Positions 16,741 through 26,300 of a stretch of 33,467 nt of DNA are shown here, one piece after another (the first letter of the stretch is position 1; each line of letters opens with the position of its first letter). The notes below the pieces were generated by a model that was not told the DNA's origin, ran no database searches, and was given only the letters and a program-made list of their open reading frames with translations. The stretch covers positions 1 through 33,467 of the forward strand of contig JBMFOP010000023.1 in the NCBI GenBank assembly GCA_049969675.1, read 5' to 3'. Made by a program: the position numbers and the translations under genes. This DNA comes from Myxococcota bacterium. GTDB lineage: Bacteria; Myxococcota; SpSt-1050.

Positions 16741-19700
16741 CTATTCGTTTTCAAAGACTGCATTTTTCCCCATTGTACCAGAAGGCTGTGGCCTATCTGC
16801 AAATATGTCCTTTATAATAACTTTATGATCTTTGTTCTTATCTTCAAGTGAAAATCCCCTATTTGTTAGAGGATATTCCTCAGTTCCGGACCACTTCCCC
16901 TGGTCCTTCGGCAGGCCTATTGTATATTTGTACTGAATATTTGTAAGAGGAGGAAATGCAAAAGTCCCTGTCCATATCTGATCCCCTGCGACCTCGTCAG
17001 AGCCCAGTCCATCATCTCTTAAAGCGCAGCCCACAGAATTTGGCACCCAGTCACAGAGCTTCTCAGTGCCGCCCACGATATATACAATACCATTCCCTTT
17101 GGGCGGAGGTGGAGTTGTAATGTTTGTGTATTGATCTATAGGAATTACCTTTCCGCTTACATCAACCTTGAAGGTTACATAGATTAAGGTGGTGGTATCT
17201 TCAAATATTACCTTTGAGCCGAAGTTTGGAGCCGGGTCTACATCTGCATCTCCCTTTGCAGCGAGATATAATACCTCAAGCGGGTCATCCTTTGTAATCT
17301 CAAGAGATTCAAATGGTATCTTCAGTTCAATCAGTTTCCCCTTTGAGACTGGACCGCCCACAACTATTCCCTTTAATTCGGTATTTATCCAGTTTCCATT
17401 TCCATCGGCATTAAAGAGAGAGACCAGAAGATTGGCTCCAGAGAAGTCTAACATAAGCTCTTTTGCTGCACCACCAGAGACAAATTGCAGTGGAGTCCCG
17501 TTTCTTGTATTCTTATTTGAGGGGTTGGCAGTATATTCGCCTTTATCTTTGTCGGTGATGTGCTTGTGAGAAAAGTACAGGAATATCTTAAGATTTGAAT
17601 TCAATTTTGCCGACAGATCAAAGTTGGATACAATAGCAGAATAGAAGTTCTTATCATCATATCCATAGTAGACCATTGAGATAATGTCATCTGGAGAGGG
17701 TGTGGAGCCAGAGGAGTCAATATCATAGAATAATGCCCCTTCATTTGTCCATTCACTCTCATCAGGGTCAAATACCCCATTAATTTTTGGAGGATTCGTG
17801 AAAGGGCCTTTCAGACTCTTTGCCTTTGGCTGAACGATGGGGCCAAATTCTGGTGCAACAATCTGTGCCCCAGCCAGCTTTGCAAATTCATATACCCCAT
17901 TTAGATGAGCCCTGAATGACCTGTCAAAAGGAGTATCATCATTGGCTGGTGAGGTCATATCATCTCCGTACCACCAGAACCAGTCCGAACCCTCTGCACT
18001 ATATATCTCTTCCCATGCCTTCCATATATAATAGTCTCTCTGATTTACCGAGGGGTCGGGCATAGGTGCGGCTGGATTTGGTCTCGGCAGTCCACTCTTC
18101 TCAAGGTCGGACCTTGCACGTCTCAGATATGTCCACGCCAAATTCTCCTCTGCTTCACCTATCCAGATGGCAAAGTTTGAACCGATCCAGCTACCTGCCC
18201 AGAGGTCATCAATCTTCTTCATATTTGCAATTGGGTGTGGAGGGATATTTCTGCCCTCGTTCCCTTCTATGTATTCGCTGACAGTTGTGGTAATTATCTC
18301 ACCCATCTTGAAAGACTCATTCAACTTTGAATATAACTGGTTTTTGAAGCCATTTCCCAGATAGTCTTTTATATAATTCTCCCATGGATTTTCTCCATCA
18401 GATACTACTACAACGAGTCTATCACTCTGCCCAAAGTTGGGAGCATTTCTTAGCACATCCTGAATGAACTCGTTTGCTGCCTGCTCTGCTGTCAGTCCCT
18501 GAAATGCAAATCCTATCTTATCTGATAAGGCATTATCCCTGAAGATTATCGCCATATCCTTATTCCCGCCACCATTTACCCTGTAAGGCTCAAATTGATT
18601 GAGACCTGATGGTTGAGACCTCTCCACAATCCCCTGATCAGTGGCGACCCATTTGATAGAGTTGGATGCAAATACCTGAATAGCCTCATTTGAGACAGAG
18701 CCTTCACCAGGCCACATCCCCTGAGGTGTATAGTTAAAGAGATTGGTGAAATAGGTTGTTGCCTTTATAATATGTGCGTGTGCATCCAGTGGATAGCTGA
18801 AATTTGGCTGAGGGAGGACATCCGTGGGCTGAGATTTTTTTGCTGTATCTGTATTAATAATGAGAGGAAGGATAGGGTGATAGAATGGTGTGGTTGTGAG
18901 CTCAATCTGACCCTGTTTGGTCTCAAAATTATAAGCCAGCTCTTTGTGGGCTAAAATCACATTCTTCATAATCTTATATTCCTCGGCTACGAGGCGATTA
19001 CAGAGGTCCTCCGTAATCTTTACACCTTTTCTTAGGTAGAACTTTCCATCTGGCCTCTCCTCCACGATATCTGATAGGTCAACAGATGAGCCATCGGGAA
19101 GATTCACCCTGCCTCTTAAGAAGTCCACATCAAACCAGGCGATCTCAAAGAATCCTTTAAGATTTAGCCAGTCCTCCTGAGTGTAGGTAGAGCGATTCTT
19201 GTCTCTAAGCGCCTTGTATTCGGGGAATCTCTCCATCACCGCATCTGAGGAGGAAACACAGGACCATGCACCTCTATAAAATAGTTCAATCTCTTCCTGA
19301 GTGGCAGTTGCTGGGTCCGGCGTATCTTTAAGAAGTATATCAATAAATGGGTCAGTCTTCCCCTCATATTTTTTCAGAAAGTCCTCTTCATTTATCCGGT
19401 TGGTAGCAGGGTTGTAGTATGGGCCAAGCCTGTTGAGATAATATTCAACAAGTTGATAAAGCATAACAGAGGTAAGATTTATATTCAGATGGACATCCGG
19501 ATATTTTCTGAGGATATCAGCCATCTTGAAGTAGCTCATAATCGCGTGTTTTCTTACCCATGGACCAAGCAACTGGTCTTTAATTGGATCCAGATATGTG
19601 GGCTGATGCTGGTGCCACAGTATTGTTAGATAGACAGACCTCTTTATCTGCGCCTTATTCCTGCCCTTATCAAGTGGATTCCCGTATCTGTCCAGAATAT

Positions 19701-20157
19701 TCTGAACAAGCACCGTATAGGTGAGCTGTGGATTTATCACTGCGGTGGAGGGGATGGTTAAGGTTGCGAATTCATTCTTAACAGAGACGCTTGATATAGA
19801 GATTATTGAATTATCCGAGCCTTTGATAGTGTAATTCTCTACCTTTGAGCCAGATTTTTCATCTATCGGTTCTGAGAATCTGACCGTGATGACCTTCCCA
19901 TCAGGGGAGAATGCACTTACTACATAAGGGGGTATCTGATCTGTTCCAGTGTCTTTTAGGCCTTCTACATCTGTAACACCGGTATCTTTAATCTCCTCTG
20001 CCTCTGAATCTGTTGCACCTTCGTCTCTGATTACGGATGTATCAATCAATATAACTATATCTGGATTGGATGTATCTCCGATGCTTGAATTACCTGGGCC
20101 TGAACAATTGTATATTGTAAGGGTCAGAGCGGCAATTATGGGAATTAATCTTTTCAT
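16741..20157 (-). CDS. Multidomain lipoprotein glycoside hydrolase family 57 (amylopullulanase-like)
   Basis: Signal ending IYNC-SG, acidic linker, Ig-like domain (PPYVVSA...VRFSEPID). GH57 motifs WHQHQP, TTTPFYHPILPL, GMWPGEGSVS (nucleophile Glu), SDGENPWE (acid/base Asp), AEGSDWFWW. C-terminal DOMON/CBM-like region and LRDDGLGSDEVAGDQIWT motif. Confidence 0.9.
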   Translation of the reverse strand: MKRLIPIIAALTLTIYNCSGPGNSSIGDTSNPDIVILIDTSVIRDEGATDSEAEEIKDTGVTDVEGLKDTGTDQIPPYVVSAFSPDGKVITVRFSEPIDEKSGSKVENYTIKGSDNSIISISSVSVKNEFATLTIPSTAVINPQLTYTVLVQNILDRYGNPLDKGRNKAQIKRSVYLTILWHQHQPTYLDPIKDQLLGPWVRKHAIMSYFKMADILRKYPDVHLNINLTSVMLYQLVEYYLNRLGPYYNPATNRINEEDFLKKYEGKTDPFIDILLKDTPDPATATQEEIELFYRGAWSCVSSSDAVMERFPEYKALRDKNRSTYTQEDWLNLKGFFEIAWFDVDFLRGRVNLPDGSSVDLSDIVEERPDGKFYLRKGVKITEDLCNRLVAEEYKIMKNVILAHKELAYNFETKQGQIELTTTPFYHPILPLIINTDTAKKSQPTDVLPQPNFSYPLDAHAHIIKATTYFTNLFNYTPQGMWPGEGSVSNEAIQVFASNSIKWVATDQGIVERSQPSGLNQFEPYRVNGGGNKDMAIIFRDNALSDKIGFAFQGLTAEQAANEFIQDVLRNAPNFGQSDRLVVVVSDGENPWENYIKDYLGNGFKNQLYSKLNESFKMGEIITTTVSEYIEGNEGRNIPPHPIANMKKIDDLWAGSWIGSNFAIWIGEAEENLAWTYLRRARSDLEKSGLPRPNPAAPMPDPSVNQRDYYIWKAWEEIYSAEGSDWFWWYGDDMTSPANDDTPFDRSFRAHLNGVYEFAKLAGAQIVAPEFGPIVQPKAKSLKGPFTNPPKINGVFDPDESEWTNEGALFYDIDSSGSTPSPDDIISMVYYGYDDKNFYSAIVSNFDLSAKLNSNLKIFLYFSHKHITDKDKGEYTANPSNKNTRNGTPLQFVSGGAAKELMLDFSGANLLVSLFNADGNGNWINTELKGIVVGGPVSKGKLIELKIPFESLEITKDDPLEVLYLAAKGDADVDPAPNFGSKVIFEDTTTLIYVTFKVDVSGKVIPIDQYTNITTPPPPKGNGIVYIVGGTEKLCDWVPNSVGCALRDDGLGSDEVAGDQIWTGTFAFPPLTNIQYKYTIGLPKDQGKWSGTEEYPLTNRGFSLEDKNKDHKVIIKDIFADRPQPSGTMGKNAVFENE

Positions 20158-20377
20158 AGAAATTACCTCCTGATGGAATTATATTATATGAGATTTTATA
20201 TTATTAAAAGTGAAAATGGAGGTGTATCTCCAGTTTTGGACATTTTTGTTAATAACCAATACTATTTAGAGGCAATTGATAGATTAAACAACTTTATCTC
20301 AGGTTGTAAATAAATTTTATTATTCAAACCATTCTGAGAGCCTCTCATCTGTCTTCTTTTTTTACATCATCACCCAA

Positions 20378-23300
20378 TTATGGAATAGTAAAATAACCAT
20401 TATATTCTATAGGTAAACTATTGCCATCAATATCTTTTATGGACTTTGTTACAATATAGCCATAATCGCCACTTGCCCAATCTCCACTCTGTTCGCTCAC
20501 TGAGACCTCATATCCAACTGCACCCATCACACCACTCAGATTGATAGCAACAGAGTTGCCATCTGATACTCTATATACAATGACAGAATTCGGCGCCGAG
20601 TAATCCACTTCCTCATTAAAGAAGAGTACAAAAGGTTGATTTGAGGCAGGTGGAGGAATCACACATGAAAGAACCGGCACATCTGATTTAGTCGTAAATG
20701 TAGAAACTGGTCTGAGGTCAACCACATTCATCACATTCCCTGCCAGATCTGAAACCCTGGTCTCATCAATATCCACAGAATAATTTCTATCACCAATCAA
20801 TCTATCCGGGAGTGCTGGAATAAATCTAACTGAAGTAAAGTCAGTTGAGAGTTTTATACAACCATAAGTGTGTTTTATGCTCCTGCAGGCAGATGTATAT
20901 GTTACATTGAATGTCCCTGTTGAACTCTCAGTTGAGCCATAGACAGAGGATGGCATAATCGCCTCATTGAATGTCACAACAATCTCACTATCCACAGCAA
21001 CCCCTGAACTACCATCTGGCGGATTGACTGAGATTACCTGAGGAGAGATATTATCAATGCTGAAGCTATAGTTGTAATCTAAAAGTAGCGATGTCCCTCC
21101 GAGGTCCTTTACACCGGTATTGCCAGATTTAACTGTTACCTGATAACCTGAGAGATTATTTCTAAGTGGTGTTGATGGGATAAAATAGATAATCCATCTA
21201 CCTGTTATACTCTCATATATCTGCTCATACACACCATATACCTGAGAACCAGAAGCCAGATCTGTCAATGTTATTGTATTATAATTCACTGTCTTCATAT
21301 CTATCTCTTCATTAAAAGCAATCCATATTTTTGATAGAGCAGGATTTGAAGGGCCGGTGGGACCAGCGGCTAAAATCTGCGGTGCTGTATTCTCAACTGT
21401 ATAGTTATAGGTAAGAATCCCGCTCCCCGGTAGTCTGTAAAGGTTTGCACACTTACTCATATCAATGGTGAGTGTGTATGACGCCCCTCCTCTCAGATTC
21501 TCTCTCGGCTTTATCTCCACTGTATCCCCATTATTCCCACCGGGGATGAGTCTTGTATCCACCAGCACAAAGGAGCCATCAGTATTGTTCTTGAGTTTGA
21601 TTGAATAATTATTAAATGAAGTAGGGAGAATGAGGTCTCTGAAATTTCCACCAGCAAATGCCCACTTAAGTGTTATGGTCTGATTCGCCTTTATTATAGA
21701 ACCCGATGTCGGTGTTACAGTTGGATTCTCAAGGGTCAAGGCAGCGCCACCCGGTGCTGAGGAGACAGTCAGGGTGCTCCTCCACTCCCTGGACAATGGA
21801 TTACCCCTATAATCTCTCACCCTCTGATTTACATAGAAATCTGCATTCGTACCGGTCTTAAAGGCTGGAATCGGTATCATAGTTACAATCTTCGGGAAAT
21901 CTGTATAATATGCAAATAGCGCAGGTAGCTTCTCCCCATTCTGAACTACATAAAAGGAGTTCTCATCAACTGATGCAATGTCCACATCTCTTGAAAAGAT
22001 GGCTACAAATAACATCGGGTCATTGATTTCATTGTTTGTTGATGACCAGTCAACTGGATTGAATACCACAGTAGTCTCATCAGAAGTAGTAAAGTCTACA
22101 TTGAGTATCCCCTTGATAAAATTTCCACTCTTCGTCTTTACATAATAATTGTAATTTAGTCTGCTCTTTCCCATCATTACAAGTCTATAATTTTTTGAGT
22201 AGTCAAGGTGAGATGCAAGTTTATTAGTATCAAATACTATCGTCTTATTTGAATCAGCAAGAGTAATTACATCGGGGAGATTGGCATTGAGACCCTTGAT
22301 AAAATAAAGATTTGAGAGAGAGGTTGCAAATGTAGTATCAACCTTTACTGTATTAGCATCAACAAATGCCACAATCTGGTGTGGTCCGCTAATTCTATCT
22401 CTTAAGAAGACCCAGATATATTTTCCTACATCAGTGGATGAGAAAGAGGAAGAAGTAATCTTAAAGAGGTCCGAACCTGCGGTAATACTCCCATCACTTG
22501 CCCATAAGTCAGACAGGATTATATCACGGTAGTTTACTGTGGTTGGGTCAATCTCTTCATTAAACTTAATCTTGAGTTTTGAGACCACAGGGACATCTTT
22601 TGCATCAAATAGATTTGTATCGGTTACATAGAAATATTCGCCTCCTTTTCTAATTATAGAATTTGAATATACAACCTCTTTGATTTTTGGCTCTGAGACA
22701 GACTTGAAGTCTTTTAATAACTCATAATTACCCGCTGAGGGAGCCACATTCTTACTATGGTCTGCATTAAATACATTGGCTGTTATGTGAAATCTGAATG
22801 TGGTGTTGTAAGGTATCACCGGTTTTGAATTCATTATTGTGAATTTTAATGAGTTCTCAGCCACCTTGAAATCCGCACCTTCAAGTATGAGTGAGCCTCC
22901 GCTCACGCCAGAAATGTCATAATACCCATTGTATCCATTTAATGACCCGGATATAAACAGTATCTTCCCGATATAACTTGAATCAAAACTATAAGATGGT
23001 GACGAGAATAGATTGGATGGAGAGATTGAGCTCTTCCCATCATTTCCCCACGCATAAATTTCTTGACCATCGCATGAGAATAGATTAAACATATCTGGTT
23101 TAAAATACATCACCTTCTTATCATTCGGGACAACATCCCAGCTGATATTCCCATCCAGTCTAACTATATTCTGAAATTCATCCTGATAGGTCAGATAAAC
23201 TGTGCCATTATTAATTGTGCTTACATCCATATCCTCAGTAAATCTGACCCTGATATGCATATCGTCCAGATCAAAGAATGTGCTATTGTTATATTGAGTT

Positions 23301-26300
23301 CCATCCCATACCACGATATCCTGCACAAGAGTTGATGTAATGGTAGTAAAGATAGATGTATAGTATGAATCCAATGTATCTCCATATATATCAACTACTC
23401 CCTTGGTAATAACTATTGTATAGGTTGTGTCATAATCAAGGTCCGAAAGGGGATATGTGGAGACGGTTTTAGGGTCTATCTGTGCAAATGGCTGAAGCGG
23501 GATTGCCAGAGGACCGGAACAATCCGTTGAGATATTTGCACCTTTGGTGAGACAGATATTACCATCCACCGTTGCAAACTGGATATCATTGTTGAAGACA
23601 ATCCTTATCTCCGGTCTTCTATCAACGCCAGTGGAATTATCAGCAGGGATTACACTCTCAATAGCAAGCCCGGGTGCACTTGAGACAGCGAAGTCAAATC
23701 TCAGCCCTTTATAATCTGTTCCACCAATAGACATATCTGTGATGCATCCACCATTATTAAAGAGATTTCTCTCTGGTCTGCATACTCCATCTGGATAACC
23801 ACCCATAACTATTACTGAATATGAAGTTGAATATTCAAGTGCAGAAAGGGGAGTAATTCTAATAGTGGATGGAGAGGATTCTCCACCAGCAATAGGATTC
23901 TCCAGTAGAACCGGTATACGGGTATTTACATCTGATGCCTTGACGAGAAAGATTCTGTCATCTGAGATATCCGACGAGTTCCCAACAATATCAGAGAAAT
24001 TTACATAACTATTAAATATAATCTGAAGATTTGCATTTGGTGCAAATGTCTCTGAACCGGAGAAGTTGGTGGCAAGGACTGTCAACTCCGGGATGTCTAT
24101 TATTCTGAATGTATATGAATATGGGTTGGGAACGGGATTAAACCATCCCCCTCTTGTGGTAGCGATAAGGCTTCTGATACCAGATGGGCCACCTGTCAGT
24201 GTTACGGAGATATTGTGTGAATAATCAAAGAGACTCTGTGGGACACATCTGATAGTGGTGCCAGAATTTATCAATTCAAGAGTAGAACAGGATAGGATAT
24301 TCATTGTCGTAGTATCTGTCATACTGAAATTTGTAGTATTTACAGATGCTGGGTCCAGAGCCTCATTAAAGGTAATTTGAACCTCTGCCTCTCTCTGAAC
24401 ATTTGTGGAGATTGGTCCCGGATTCATACTGACGATATATGGGGCTGGTGGGTCAATCGTGCTGAATGTGGCTGCGACTGAACTCCTCAGATGTCCGATC
24501 AGCGGGTCGGCATTTGAATTTACATATTGTGCATTAAAACTCCTGACTGCGTTAGAAATGGTAACTCTCATGTCCTTACTATATCCAAAATTCTGATTTG
24601 CTGTAAATGTGACTATCTCCTGATTGCAGACGAATGTGCCGGAGATTGGTGATGTGGAGGGGAATATCGTCTCAATCCTGATATTTGTAGAGTTAATTGT
24701 TGTGCAATCCACGGGTTCAGAGAAGACAATTACTATCTCCTTTGAATCATAAGGTATCCCTGTTGAGCCATCTCCCGGAGTAATGGACCTTACATATAAA
24801 TCATTGATACCCTCTACCTTAAATAGATACACATATTCGCCATTTGAATTACAATTATATCCGGAATCAGGTGTGCAGATAGGGAGCTGTCCATTTATAC
24901 CCGTCGCCCTGTCCGAATATACGCCACTAAATGATGGGGGATTTGCACCTTTGATTCTCAATCTAAGTATTGTGGCATAGCCCAATAGACCCTGAGGGGT
25001 AATCTTTGCAATGGTATCTCTTCCAATCATATCTGTTGTGGTTGGTAAATCCGACTGAATTGTCCCCTGATTATTGTAGAATGAAATATCTGCTGCAATA
25101 TTTGATATCGCATTTCCATTTATCGGGTCAGCAACTCCAGTTACATCCTCAAAGAATACTGTATTGTTCAGTGTAAATGAACTCTGCTTTACACCCTCAG
25201 TAAATTTTACAAATACAGATTCTGTCTTACCTCCATTATCTCTTTTAAGATAGAGATTCCCATTCTCTGAATATGTCTGAATAATCCTCAATGGCTCAGG
25301 GTCCTCAATTCTGAATACTATCATTAAAGTATTTCTTAACTGTCCACCCTCATTGGTCACTCTATCACCTGTAAATATACCGGTTGTTTTACAACTTGAA
25401 CTATCCGCACAATTTACACCTATCGGGTCATCCTCTCCCTTTATAATAATTCTCACAACTGTAGAATAATTGAGTAAATCAGATGGCGTAATCGTCATTA
25501 TGTTATCCGCACCGACTCCCCGTGAACCATCTAAAGGTGTATCATCTTCATTAAATGTCAGGTCATACTGGATAGGAGTGCCAGACTGATTTATGTCAAA
25601 TGGATTACTGAGTGTGCTCACATCTTCAACCTTAAGAGATGAGGAATTGATATTAATCTGTCTCACCCCTTCAGAGAAGGCAAATACAAAAGAGGTAGGA
25701 ACTCCACTATTTGGTGTGGTCTCTCTTTTGATTCCAGTTGTAATCACACCATCTGCAGCAGATGGATATGAATACAGAAGGGAGAGTGGAGGCGGATCAA
25801 TTGTCTTGAATGTAAATGAGTAGTCATTACCAAGAGAGCCACCTCTCAATGAGGTTATCTGAGACTTCAAGACCAGAGTATATTTCTCCGAATATTTTAG
25901 TCGTGGCTGATTGAGTGCAGTTTTAACCGGGATGATCTCAATATTATCTGTCTCGCTCCCTACCGGAAGGATTGTAAAATCTACAGGGGTTAAACTACCA
26001 TCCAGAAGGACTATATTATTTGACTCCTTCTTGATTGTAGCGGGGTCAACTGCCTCTGAGAAGAAGACCTTTATTGTGACCTCTGTATCAATATTGTCAG
26101 ACATATCAGATGGAGAGACTGACTTTATGGCAAGCTCAGGTGCTAAGACGATGCCAAAGGAGAAATTCAGCTCATCCAACCTACCATCCTTAGAATCAAT
26201 TATCGCAGCTGTCACAATATCATTTATTCTACCATTTATCGTTGCGCCATAGGCAAATGTCCGTTTGGGTACATAGATAAACTCCCTCGCCTCTCTTATT

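Noticed and set aside
16578..16802. 74-aa minus ORF between GH57 and hup
   Set aside because: Overlaps both genes and spans the probable hup promoter (TTGACA near 16650-16655); no SD.
20335..20347. Palindrome TGAGAG-C-CTCTCA after the giant gene as a terminator
   Set aside because: The loop is too small and there is no U-tract on the minus strand; function cannot be assigned.
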